Source: Wickerhamiella versatilis (lineage: Eukaryota). From it: a DNA stretch of 64,000 bases. Below the pieces are notes generated by a model. It was given only the letters and a program-made list of their open reading frames with translations. It searched no databases and was not told the DNA's origin. Each line of letters starts with the position of its first letter. The first letter of the stretch is position 1. The DNA is taken from NCBI GenBank assembly GCA_030867685.1, contig JAQOWU010000008.1, positions 3,286,001 to 3,350,000 of the forward strand, in the 5' to 3' direction. Positions 9,994 through 19,694 of this stretch are shown piece after piece. The position numbers and the translations under genes were made by a program.

Positions 9994-10269
9994 CTAAGAG
10001 CCACTCGCAGCAGACTTGAAAAAATCTACAACTAGATATCTTCCTTGCATGTTGTAGCCTGAGAGTTTATCCTGAGCCGCACGCGCATCATTCACCGAGT
10101 CGTAAACGATGAAGCCTGTTCCACGAGTTTTCTTCTCAGTGCCAAGCCTAACTTGCCGTATACGGCCAAATGGACCAAATAATTCGTAGAGCTGCTCACC
10201 TTGAACATCATAGGGTAAGTTTTTGACAAACAGAATCTGATGCTCATCAATAGGTGCCACTGACTCCAT
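9994..10269 (-). CDS. U2 snRNP branch-site protein p14 (SF3B6), single RRM
   Basis: ILFVKNLPY, LYELFGPFG.IRQVRLG, TRGTGFIVY and LSGYNMQGRYLVV match SF3B6. Confidence 0.92.
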   Translation of the reverse strand: MESVAPIDEHQILFVKNLPYDVQGEQLYELFGPFGRIRQVRLGTEKKTRGTGFIVYDSVNDARAAQDKLSGYNMQGRYLVVDFFKSAASGS

Positions 10270-10398
10270 ATTGAACTAAGAGAAGAGCAGGGAGATGACA
10301 AAGCAATGAAACGGATGGATATATATTTACATAACACACCATTTGGTAATGTCGTTGGCTGTGGTACAGTCGACAGCGGGGAGGGTAAATCCATCACA

Positions 10399-10505
10399 GG
10401 TGGGTTGTCCGAGTCAGGTCTAAGGAAACAGGCTTAAGTGCAAGTTTTAGACTTAAGGCTCCTGTGGACGTTATGTCATCGCGAGTTCGAATCTCGTACC
10501 CATCA
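10399..10505 (+). tRNA. tRNA-Leu(TAA) with a 21-nt intron (10439-10459)
   Basis: Acceptor GGTGGGT/ACCCATC, D-loop GGTCTAAGG, anticodon stem ACAGG/CCTGT with CT-TAA-G, long variable arm, T-arm GCGAG-TTCGAAT-CTCGT, discriminator A. Confidence 0.92.
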
Positions 10506-10531
10506 AACCCCAACCAAGGATTCCATCCTCA

Positions 10532-10540
10532 TTTTTTTTT
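10532..10540 (+). terminator. Pol III T-run terminator of tRNA-Leu
   Basis: T9 run 27 nt after the tRNA. Confidence 0.7.
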
Positions 10541-10702
10541 GTTAATTTAATCTTTGATTCCTTAATTTTGATAACTTGTCGGTTAATCCTCGGCGGTGAA
10601 GACGTATTTCTGTCAATTTCATTCAATTTTAAACTATTTAAATTAGGGTTCAGGTAACCTTTATCTAGATCAACTGTTACAACGTACATATAGTGTTGTT
10701 AA

Positions 10703-12982
10703 TTACCACGAAAATGCATCCTCAAAGTAATCCACTCTCCCATTTGATTTATCGATAGCCTGAACGATACCATCTCTTACACTGTCAACAAATGATGGAG
10801 GTCCACATGAACAGACTGCCTTTGTACCGTCACAGGATTCGATAAAATTGTCGACATCCTTTTCGAGCATAGGTCGCTCGTGGAACAGTATATTTTCAAG
10901 TGACGCGCTCTCCGGTGCTGTGGTGCCGCTCAGCACGTCGACATTGTGTGTCTTCTTTTCGTCTTCGGCACGCGTAGCAGACTCTGGAGTACTAGCATGC
11001 CTTAGCTGAAATGAAGTATCTTGAAGGTTTGGTAGGGATTCGAAAAAGTTGGGCTGGGTGGGTCGTGCTGCTTGATGAGAGTAAAGGAAGCTCTTGGGCC
11101 TTGTCCGCTCAGCAGTTATCGTGTCGTCTTCGGTTGTTTCTGGTGCCGACTGAGAATTATACCCTGGCTGTGTCAGGTAAATGCGAAAGTCGCATAAGTG
11201 AAGGTTGTATCTAAGATGCTCAATTTCTTCGGAAAAAGCATTGAGGGCTGTAGTGCTACGAATAACCCAGATAAGGGATAACTTGTGACCTGGTTTAAGT
11301 CTGTCCATAACATGTGAGGCGTAAGAATACATTGCAGTCATTCCAACACCTCCCGCAATTAGCAAGATAGAGTCATAGTCCTTGACATAATTTCCATAAC
11401 CGTAGGGACCTTCAACAAACACCCGGAAAACTTTCCTTTTGCCTGGCTCGTCTGCCAGTCGCTCGATAATATCGCGAGTCGCTCCTTTCTGTGCTTTGCA
11501 AACAAGGTCTAAAGTGTCATTGACACGCCCAGAGTATGATTGGAAGACGGTGAATGGGTGACTCTGCCAAAACAGATGACGGTCCCATATTCTCAGGTAA
11601 ATGTACGCACCACAGTAGACATCCCACTTCCGCAGTCCATGAACTTTGACGCGATACATCCCTCCTTCTTTAAGTGTGAATTCTGCCTCACACAAACCAC
11701 CACTGTATATTACTCTTGTTAGACGCAAGACGTACTCCAAGCCGTAAATCGTGATAGAGGCCCAGAGCCACCCCAACCAGCCATAGTCACTACAATGCAC
11801 GATCAGGCATACCATAAAAATAACGAAAAATATCTGGTGAAAGGTCACAAATAGCTCATAAATCCGCCGGCGAACAGCTCGCATTGCCATTACCAGCATG
11901 AAGAACAGAATGTAAGCCGCGAGATTGCCTGCACGCCAATTATGAACATGGTTCCATTTGAAAAGTAAAACTTTCTCGTTGTAGGATGACCAAGTTAACA
12001 TAACGCCATGGATAGCTGCATGTGTCGCCATCCAGCGTGCGACCCAGCGATGAAACAGCATAAATGTATCATAGGGCCAGCCTGTCAAAGCGATAAAAGG
12101 ATTATTCCTGCAGGCAAAAAGAACCAGTATTGGAATATGAGAAAAAGCAATGATGCCAGTGCGATTGGCCAAGTAGTGCATAACCCTGTCCTGTTTGGTA
12201 ATGAATGAAAAGGCTTTATTATCATCCCCAAATCCAAGCAGTGATACTATTGACGCGATATTTAAAGCATTGAATGCCAAAATGATCAACGCTTGCCCCC
12301 TTGTAGGCGTGTGAAGTCTATAGAGACCAAACAAATTCCAAGGGGTGTTGTGATGCACGCCCACTAATGCTGGTAGTGTAACATATTTACGAATTTTGAC
12401 GACCAATTCTTCTGCCCCAAAACATTCATATAAGTTTGGCTTCATAATACGGATGATATTTGTGACCACCGACAGGAGTATTACCAGACACCAGTATGCA
12501 ACAATGGCGCAACCAAAGTATTTTCCAATGTTATAGTGATATTTTGTATCATTGGCTGCGGCAAATTGTTTAGAAAAGAGCTGACCATCAACTGCCACGG
12601 GTGCTGGTACTGAATCAGTGGTATTAAGGTCACCCGGTTGTACTAGACGGCCCACATTAGTGCGATAAATCCTTTCTAGTTGGGTATTGGACATCGTGCG
12701 ATTTCCCCAATAATGACACTGGCTGCGTATATAGTCATATCCCCAATTTATTTCGTCCATTCCTGGAGCGTACACGTTCACGCAGTTGAGCGCGGTGGTA
12801 AGAAAATCGTCATTTGCACATCGGCAGTCGTAGGGGAGGAGCTCGTTAGGACAGGAAAAGTTCCATCTCAGCGCACAATTGAAACAAGAGAATCCTAGTG
12901 CGCTTCGCAGGCCTACCTTCTGTGCAGATACACCTGGTGTTTGTATGCCCGCAACAAGAAGCACAAGAAGGGACCAAAACAT
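10703..12982 (-). CDS. Ferric/cupric reductase (FRE family)
   Basis: Signal peptide and Cys-rich N-terminus; FHRW heme histidines; WQSHPFT, EGPYG, IAGGVG and CGP motifs; terminal FEDAFSW. Confidence 0.95.
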   Translation of the reverse strand: MFWSLLVLLVAGIQTPGVSAQKVGLRSALGFSCFNCALRWNFSCPNELLPYDCRCANDDFLTTALNCVNVYAPGMDEINWGYDYIRSQCHYWGNRTMSNTQLERIYRTNVGRLVQPGDLNTTDSVPAPVAVDGQLFSKQFAAANDTKYHYNIGKYFGCAIVAYWCLVILLSVVTNIIRIMKPNLYECFGAEELVVKIRKYVTLPALVGVHHNTPWNLFGLYRLHTPTRGQALIILAFNALNIASIVSLLGFGDDNKAFSFITKQDRVMHYLANRTGIIAFSHIPILVLFACRNNPFIALTGWPYDTFMLFHRWVARWMATHAAIHGVMLTWSSYNEKVLLFKWNHVHNWRAGNLAAYILFFMLVMAMRAVRRRIYELFVTFHQIFFVIFMVCLIVHCSDYGWLGWLWASITIYGLEYVLRLTRVIYSGGLCEAEFTLKEGGMYRVKVHGLRKWDVYCGAYIYLRIWDRHLFWQSHPFTVFQSYSGRVNDTLDLVCKAQKGATRDIIERLADEPGKRKVFRVFVEGPYGYGNYVKDYDSILLIAGGVGMTAMYSYASHVMDRLKPGHKLSLIWVIRSTTALNAFSEEIEHLRYNLHLCDFRIYLTQPGYNSQSAPETTEDDTITAERTRPKSFLYSHQAARPTQPNFFESLPNLQDTSFQLRHASTPESATRAEDEKKTHNVDVLSGTTAPESASLENILFHERPMLEKDVDNFIESCDGTKAVCSCGPPSFVDSVRDGIVQAIDKSNGRVDYFEDAFSW

Positions 12983-13000
12983 ATCGTCAAGTCAAAGACA

Positions 13001-13056
13001 AGATAAAAAGCCTCTAATTTCCTTGGATAAAGAATATAGTCGAAATTATCTTATCT
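13001..13056. promoter_or_regulatory. Cluster of four GATAA elements in the ferric reductase promoter
   Basis: AGATAA at 13001, GGATAA at 13025 and TTATCTTATCT at 13046, all within 75 bp of the ATG. Fits a SreA/Sfu1/Fep1-type iron repressor. Confidence 0.45.
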
Positions 13057-13342
13057 GGTAATTTAATCTAGGCTCAGAAATAACCTGACCAAGCATATCC
13101 TAATTGAGTAAATAGGATTCCCAAAAAGGAGGGCGCCTATATTAGGATACCAAAAGAAAAGTCCATGCATCTATAGTACCTAAGGAAGCCCAAAGTATGT
13201 AAAGCCTGGAATTTACTTTACTAGGGCCATAATAGAGGACTTCACCTTTTAAGCTTTAGACTTTAATTTGGGTCCCAATTACCGTCAGAGAATTGTTGCT
13301 ACGATAAAACTTTACTCCAGCATGTAGCTTAACTCAACGCAG

Positions 13343-14242
13343 TTACAATGCTTTTTCAAACGTGTCCTTTTCCTGTACCCCGTAATATCTTGGGTAGAAA
13401 ATAGTCATATGGTCATTTACGCCAGTCGGCACTGTGGCTGGATGTGAATGACCCATAGGCATATAAACTGGCATTTCAGAAGTTAGTATATATGAACTGT
13501 CATGTGTGGTTGGTGGTGGACCGCTGAAACGGTTATAACCGGCATTGTCCTCTGGCAAAGTGTGGAGGACGTTAAATCCTCCCTCCGGTACCCAGAACGG
13601 TGGAATATGGCTGGTTCTATCTTTGGAAGCATCGAAGTCCATTATATCTGTGCTCCAATGTGTGCTTGTGCTAGGTTCAAACTCCTTTAAAGGGCCTGTG
13701 GCCATTGTGTGGGGTTTTTCATTTTTGGGTGGGGATGGAATTGACGAGTATTTCCTTTCACCTTCATCTTCCGTGAACTCTGAGGAAGATTCTCCATCTC
13801 CACTTAAGTATGCATATGATTTAGCGATGGCCTTTCGTGCTTCATATGCGTGCAGGCGCGTTGACCGGCGGAGGGTCCGCATCGGTGTGGAGCTAGCTGG
13901 GCCATTTGTTGCAGTATGAAGCTTTTCGTTTTCATTTGAATCTGATTGAAATGATGATGCCGATGCTGAATTTTGTCTACTCTGATCGGGATGAGGCTTT
14001 CGAACAATAGGCTGGTTGGAACATGTACGACTGTGTCTACGGGCGCAATCACTGCGACCAAACCGGGCATCGCAATAGTCGCAGCCATAGGGTTTTTCTC
14101 CCGTATGATGAAGGCTATGTCTCTTGAGATGTTTGAAATTGCGATATGAGTTCAAGCAAATCGTACACTCATAGCGACCGTTCTTCGTGAGGAATTTATT
14201 GGCGGGGCTTCGGGAAGCCTTTCTTCCTCTACCTTTCGGCAT
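13343..14242 (-). CDS. C2H2 zinc-finger transcription factor
   Basis: CTIC...HLKRH...HTGEKPYGCDYC...RRH; the remainder is low-complexity S/P-rich. Confidence 0.85.
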   Translation of the reverse strand: MPKGRGRKASRSPANKFLTKNGRYECTICLNSYRNFKHLKRHSLHHTGEKPYGCDYCDARFGRSDCARRHSRTCSNQPIVRKPHPDQSRQNSASASSFQSDSNENEKLHTATNGPASSTPMRTLRRSTRLHAYEARKAIAKSYAYLSGDGESSSEFTEDEGERKYSSIPSPPKNEKPHTMATGPLKEFEPSTSTHWSTDIMDFDASKDRTSHIPPFWVPEGGFNVLHTLPEDNAGYNRFSGPPPTTHDSSYILTSEMPVYMPMGHSHPATVPTGVNDHMTIFYPRYYGVQEKDTFEKAL

Positions 14243-14384
14243 TGGCTGGAAAACCAGCCTCTATAGTGAGGGAACTGACGTTGATAAATTTTGGAGTGGG
14301 CGTAGCCACAAGGACCGTTTTCCTTTAACAGATAGCAAGACCTTAATAACAGATACCTACAATGACAGAGATCTTCAATTTTTT

Positions 14385-15246
14385 TTGCTCCCCTGTCGAA
14401 AAAGTCCTCGGCTGTAAAGAATCCGGAGAAGTCGGTTGCAGCTTAGATGCGAAGAAGATAAAACAATGCTCTAGGCAGCTCTTTATGGATAATCCTAAAG
14501 ATTGTTTTTGGCATTGAACGCTGAGTTATGTAGGGTTCGAACGCCTCAACCTAAATAAGCTGGGCGGAGGGGGGCGAGGGTCGCGAACAATGTCTTCGCC
14601 ATGGAGTCCCTGCAACTGACGATTTGAAACATTGACAGTAATATTGTTCAATTATAATTGCTCGATTCCACATATTCCAATGCCGTTTCAGGAGAGTAAA
14701 TTATGAATGAGCCCCACAATGGATTATCCTTTTTATACTAGCCCTAACATCTCAATGATAATTGTCAAAATCCATGCCGTTTCCCCTTGTGCTCGCTTAG
14801 TGGTTTGCAGATAACGCTAATGACTCGATCTTGATTGGAGCAAGCTGCGAGGCACATGGCATAGCATTGCGTGTCTGGAGACCTAGACATACAATGTAGG
14901 ATGTTTGTGTGCCCAGTCGAAAGGGTTCGCGATTACATGGTCGTGATGCGTATTATTTAGGGCGTGGGGTATCTGCGAGGATCGCAATGTCACAACCAGT
15001 ACCCCAAAGCTTTGGTCTATAGGGTATTGAGCCTCACATGCTTCTTATTGTGTCACAGCTCAACCACACCTTGCATTCTATGATTAAAATGACGATGGTA
15101 AGGGCATGATAGGCTTTGAACTACACGATATACTTAAAGTTGGGGAGTCGTTATGAATGTGCTTGAGAGACATTGACTGCCTACGAAACATCCGATGCAA
15201 GTAAGTGCAAATTCGAGGGGCGGCGGAGCGGCCAGTCCCGACATAT
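14385..15246 (+). ncRNA. Candidate long structured ncRNA (telomerase-RNA-like; identity unproven)
   Basis: No ORF of 60 aa or more past 14417. Many nested helices with G-U pairs on the + strand (see findings). Confidence 0.5.
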
Positions 15247-15300
15247 TATTAATGAAAAGTGGGTCCGTTGACTAATCAAATTAATCAAAAACATGGCTCT

Positions 15301-16284
15301 ATGGCCCGGCGTAAGAAGGAGCACCATCAAGTCAGTGATGAAGAGTTTCCATTGCTGAATAGTCTCACGTTATACGCGTCAAACACCACGGGCGATGGTA
15401 ATTGCTTGTTCCGTGCTCTAAGCGATCAAATATACGGTAATGAGGGCAAGCATGCCGAAATCAGAAATCGAACAGTGGCGTATTTAAAAGATCATGCAGA
15501 GCATTTTTCAGCATTTATTGGGGAGTATGGTGAGACATGGGACAAGTATATTGTACGTATGGCACGGGATGGAACGTATGGTGGACACCTCGAAATTGTG
15601 GCCTTTGCTGAAACTTATGGCTATGAAATAATAATCTACCAGGCAGATTTCATGTATGCCGTTCAACCCTCCACTGCAGAAAAGGTGCATGGGAAAGTAC
15701 ACATTGCGTATCACACGTGGGAGCATTATTCGAGTGTTCGCAATAAAAATGGTCCGCACCAAGGCCTACCTGAAGTAAATCCTGTGCCCAACGAGGATCT
15801 TGATCAGTACGACAGTGTTATTGATACTAGCAAGACAAATGTTCCTCGTTGGCAGGTTGAAATCGTACTTCGTAGCGTTCCAGATGCATCGGAGAACAAG
15901 GTATATGAAATGTTACAAACCCGTAACTACGAGGATGTTATAGAGGAGCTCCTTATGCAGCAATTTAATGAAGATTACGGGGAGACAGCCGAACAAGGGA
16001 ATGCTGATACCAGCCCGCAATCACAAAAAGAAGTTCCAGAAGACAGGCCTGGCAGGCCCGATAGGAAGAATGAAAATGACATTGACAATGATAATAATGA
16101 CAATGACAATGATAAGCATGATGCACGAAATCCCAAAAAAACCGCCAAGCAGAAGAGAATTGAGAACCGTCAGAATAAGCTGGAGAAAAATCTCGACGCT
16201 CTAAGGCAAGCAAACAGCATTCCTCTCCAGCGGTGGAGCCCAGCTCCGCCCCTGACTCAAAGCCGAATAGCAGTCACAATGTGA
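15301..16284 (+). CDS. OTU-domain deubiquitinase (OTUD3-like); true C-terminus may be 16307 via a frameshift
   Basis: GDGNCLFRALSDQ, YGGHLEIVAF and HYSSVR catalytic motifs. ATG at 15301. Confidence 0.9.
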   Translation: MARRKKEHHQVSDEEFPLLNSLTLYASNTTGDGNCLFRALSDQIYGNEGKHAEIRNRTVAYLKDHAEHFSAFIGEYGETWDKYIVRMARDGTYGGHLEIVAFAETYGYEIIIYQADFMYAVQPSTAEKVHGKVHIAYHTWEHYSSVRNKNGPHQGLPEVNPVPNEDLDQYDSVIDTSKTNVPRWQVEIVLRSVPDASENKVYEMLQTRNYEDVIEELLMQQFNEDYGETAEQGNADTSPQSQKEVPEDRPGRPDRKNENDIDNDNNDNDNDKHDARNPKKTAKQKRIENRQNKLEKNLDALRQANSIPLQRWSPAPPLTQSRIAVTM

Positions 16285-16423
16285 CACCAACTGTTATCAA
16301 CATATAGAGAGATAACAGATTCGCTTATCAAAGTATACAAAGTATACTAAATAGTTTTTGAATCATATTGCTAATACTTATAAGCGTTCTTTAAGCCGTT
16401 GCGTTTTAGTTAGGTCTGTGATT

Positions 16424-16732
16424 TTATTTGTGCTGGTCCAAGACCTGCTTGATTTTAGCGGGGGCCGCTCCTTTGACGATCTCGGCGACCTTTCCCTCCT
16501 TGAAGAGAATGAAGGTTGGCACAGTGGATACCTCGAACTCAGAAGAGACCTCTGGCACCTCCTCAATATCCAGCTTGTAGAAGCTGATGCTTGGGTACTG
16601 GGGCTCAAGCTTCTCCAAAACCGGAGCAACCATACGGCAAGGACCACACCAGGTGGCAAAGAAGTCTACAAATGCGACGCCAGAGGCGATCGATGACTTG
16701 AATTGGTCTTGGCTAGTGATTTGGTTCACCAT
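16424..16732 (-). CDS. Thioredoxin (Trx1/Trx2 type)
   Basis: VDFFATWCGPC active site. Confidence 0.97.
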   Translation of the reverse strand: MVNQITSQDQFKSSIASGVAFVDFFATWCGPCRMVAPVLEKLEPQYPSISFYKLDIEEVPEVSSEFEVSTVPTFILFKEGKVAEIVKGAAPAKIKQVLDQHK

Positions 16733-17071
16733 GTTTTCGAATTAGACTCTGAGTTATTTGATGTCCAACCCGTCGTATTTATACTCCCAGGAGGTGACGT
16801 ATGACGACAATATGACTCACCAGGAGACAGGTCTGGACCGGCTGATGTCAGCACAGTTGCGTCCGATCTCCAAGCTTCTCTAATTGCACGGATGCTTCCA
16901 GCCCGTGTAATGGAATTACTTAATAGTAAGCAGATCAAATGATCAATGTCATGGCGGTTATATATTTATAATAAGTATCAAAATCAATAGCATCTTTCGG
17001 TTTCTTTTGAAAATAAAAGAAAGTTTGTCTTGCTGTCGTCATTTTTAATTCGTGATAAGTTACCCTTTGCT

Positions 17072-17443
17072 CTACAATTGTTGACCGACGAAGTTCTCGG
17101 CGTACAACCGGGCTTGTTGTACAGCCAGTCTTGTACCTCGCGGCAGCACAGACCAGAGTGTGTCACAGAGATCACCTATACCATTCTGGTAGATATACAG
17201 CCCCATTGAAAGCACCATGGACACAATAGTTAGCTGAATTACTACCCAAAGAATGCCCCATATCATACGCATAGAGCGATGAATGACCACAAGTGCGAAA
17301 TATATAGCTGCGAGCTGGAGGATGATAGTTACCAGTTCAGAATGGTCCCCTGAGGAAATTGCACGTATTAAAGAAATGCAAAAAGCCTGGAGAAACCCTG
17401 CTATGTGGCCAATCAGCGCCACTATATCACCAATTTCAAACAT
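17072..17443 (-). CDS. Apq12-like nuclear envelope membrane protein
   Basis: Two TM helices joined by a short amphipathic RSMRMIW segment and ending GLYIYQNG, resembling the Apq12 family. Confidence 0.55.
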   Translation of the reverse strand: MFEIGDIVALIGHIAGFLQAFCISLIRAISSGDHSELVTIILQLAAIYFALVVIHRSMRMIWGILWVVIQLTIVSMVLSMGLYIYQNGIGDLCDTLWSVLPRGTRLAVQQARLYAENFVGQQL

Positions 17444-17531
17444 GGCTTTTCAACGAGTAAACAAAGGTGACATAATCAAAGGTCATTAGCTGGTGTTATA
17501 ATTATAAGCCTTGGACATAGCCTGGTGAGAA

Positions 17532-18764
17532 ATGGTTGTGGATACGGCTTATTATGATGTTCTGCAGGTGGAGCCTACCGCTAATGACGCTGAGATCAAG
17601 CGGGCCTACCGTCGCATGGCTATTCGGTACCATCCTGACAAGAACCCTGATGATCCCAGCGCCACCGAGAAATTTCAGGCTGTGGGAGAGGCATACCAGG
17701 TGTTAAGTGACCCCGAACTTCGAAAGCGTTATAATGAGTTTGGTAAGGAACAAGCGATACCGCAGGCTGGTTTTGAAGACCCTGCTGAATTCGCCACTAT
17801 GATTTTTGGCGGACAGGCCTTCCAGTCGTGGATTGGCGAGCTCTCATTGTTGCGCGAAATGCAACAGATGGGAGATGTTCTGGAGGAGGAGGAGAAGTCT
17901 GCGCCTGGTGAATCTTCCACAGATGGACAGCCTGGGGCAGAGCCCAATAGTCAAAAACTACTAGATTCAGAAGCACATCCGCATAATGAAGCTTCTGTTG
18001 TTGCATCAGAGAAAGAGAAGAAGCTAATGGCAAAGAAGAAAAAGCAGGAAGAGCTCGCTAAACTGGAGAAAGAATCTAAGGAGGCACGGGAAAAGCGAGT
18101 TCAGGAACTTACGAAGAGCCTAACGGAAAAGCTATCGGTATGGACAGAGACTGGCCGGTCAAAGGATGTTACAGAGAGTTTCCAACGCAAAATGCAATTA
18201 GAGGCTAATGAACTGAAGATGGAGTCTTTCGGTGAGCTATTATTGCATGTCATTGGCGGTATTTATACTACGCGGGCGCACCACCTTCTAAAATCGCAGA
18301 AGCTTCTGGGCTTCGGTTCATTCTTTGGAAGAATGAAGGAGACAGGTACAATAATTAAAGATGGGTGGAATACAGTGTCTAGTGCCTTGGATACGCAGTC
18401 GTATGTGAATGATATGGCTAAGCTGGAACACGAAGGCGAAATCAGCCCTGAACGTCAGGCAGAAATGGAGACCACCCTTCTTGGAAAAGTAATTTCTGCC
18501 GTGTGGATGGGCTCACGTTTTGAAATCCAGGGAATTCTCCGCGAGGTATGCGACCGGGTCCTGTATGATAAGAAGGTGTCCCTGCAGAAGAGGTTACAAC
18601 GTGCAGAGGCATTGCTTATGATTGGACGCATCTTCAAGAACACGTACCGATCACCAGAGGAATCTTCGGAAATGCAGATGTTCGAGGAGCTTATGGCGCA
18701 AGCGACCCAGAAGAAACGCAGGCATATGCGGAAGTCATCGCACAAAGTCAATGAGAAAGCATAG
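17532..18764 (+). CDS. DJP1: J-domain co-chaperone with X-domain (Djp1/Caj1 family)
   Basis: [40 protein letters not shown] and [14 protein letters not shown] motifs. Confidence 0.8.
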   Translation: MVVDTAYYDVLQVEPTANDAEIKRAYRRMAIRYHPDKNPDDPSATEKFQAVGEAYQVLSDPELRKRYNEFGKEQAIPQAGFEDPAEFATMIFGGQAFQSWIGELSLLREMQQMGDVLEEEEKSAPGESSTDGQPGAEPNSQKLLDSEAHPHNEASVVASEKEKKLMAKKKKQEELAKLEKESKEAREKRVQELTKSLTEKLSVWTETGRSKDVTESFQRKMQLEANELKMESFGELLLHVIGGIYTTRAHHLLKSQKLLGFGSFFGRMKETGTIIKDGWNTVSSALDTQSYVNDMAKLEHEGEISPERQAEMETTLLGKVISAVWMGSRFEIQGILREVCDRVLYDKKVSLQKRLQRAEALLMIGRIFKNTYRSPEESSEMQMFEELMAQATQKKRRHMRKSSHKVNEKA

Positions 18765-18796
18765 TAATTTCAATACTTAGGATAGAAAATTTGTTA

Positions 18797-19483
18797 TCAA
18801 ATCTTTGAACGGTGTCGTTTCTGAGCCACTGCTGCCTTTTCTCCTTGTTTGATATCTGCAGCAGCTTTGTTATCGGCGTCGACACGCTTAGGGATATAAT
18901 CTAAAAGCTTCGGAACAAGACTAGGGGAAAATGAGGCCACACCATTTTCATCTGCCACTACCACATCGCCTGGATTCACGTATTTTCCACCGATTTTGAG
19001 GGGCTTGTTTATAGCTACCACTTTTGCCTGTTTGTTTGGAGCACATATGCCGACACCGTACGACCATACTGGATACTTTAGATCACAATGCTCAGCAACA
19101 TCTCGAATCTGTCCACATACGACTGTGGCAGCGCAATTTAGATGCTGAGCTCTCGTTGACATGAGGCCCCCATATAGGGAGCAACTTAAAGACGTGAATG
19201 GTGCAACCTGCAATTGGCACTGCTCAGCTGTGGCAATGACAATTACGCTGCCACTAGGAGCAGAATCGATGTAGTGCTCTTGCACTGCCGGCCTCGGATC
19301 CGATTTCGGGGCATATTCCACTGTATACGCAGGACCAACTTTAGTGGCCTGAGGACCGCTTTGCTGCCGCAAGTATGGCAAAGCGCCACCGTCATCTATG
19401 CCTGAATAGACCAGCCCATCAGCTATGTCGCAAGATCCGAATCGTGCAAAGTCACTATACATTGTTAAGCCTACTTTAATCAT
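18797..19483 (-). CDS. RraA/HMG-CHA aldolase family protein (YER010C-like)
   Basis: CDIADGL, GPAYTV, YGGLMSTRA, GQIRD and PGDVVVADENG motifs. Start could be the second Met (19462). Confidence 0.9.
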   Translation of the reverse strand: MIKVGLTMYSDFARFGSCDIADGLVYSGIDDGGALPYLRQQSGPQATKVGPAYTVEYAPKSDPRPAVQEHYIDSAPSGSVIVIATAEQCQLQVAPFTSLSCSLYGGLMSTRAQHLNCAATVVCGQIRDVAEHCDLKYPVWSYGVGICAPNKQAKVVAINKPLKIGGKYVNPGDVVVADENGVASFSPSLVPKLLDYIPKRVDADNKAAADIKQGEKAAVAQKRHRSKI

Positions 19484-19486
19484 GAC

Positions 19487-19665
19487 TACTGTACCTCAAA
19501 CCAGGTCATCCCCGCTTCATGGGTAGTCAGCCGAAGCGACAGCCTGAACGACGATGGTTTTAAGCGAGTATTCGATCTAGACACCAGATACTCCAGAGGA
19601 GCACTCATATTACGCCAAGCTTTCGCCCCATGGGCATGGGGCGAGTCTTGTGAGAGGTGTCATAA
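19487..19665 (-). ncRNA. Candidate box H/ACA snoRNA
   Basis: Minus strand reads hairpin, ATATGA (H-box), extra hairpin, long hairpin capped by C(UUCG)G, then ACA+3 nt. Confidence 0.55.
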
Positions 19666-19694
19666 AATATGGGAAAAAACCCAGCTTGGTCAGC

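Noticed and set aside
15195-15315. ATG CAA|GTAAGT...AAG as an OTU gene intron (in frame)
   Set aside because: Not needed because an ATG exists at 15301, and the acceptor is weak and distant. Kept only as an alternative to the ncRNA 3'-end model.
16078-16113. GAYAAT repeats
   Set aside because: Coding low-complexity Asp-Asn tract within the OTU gene.
18797-19483. RraA-like gene as a bacterial horizontal transfer
   Set aside because: A native fungal family exists (YER010C-like) and there is no operon-like context. A phylogeny would be needed.
19560-19610. TPP riboswitch upstream of the RraA-like gene
   Set aside because: No CTGAGA motif or conserved P4/P5 junction on either strand.
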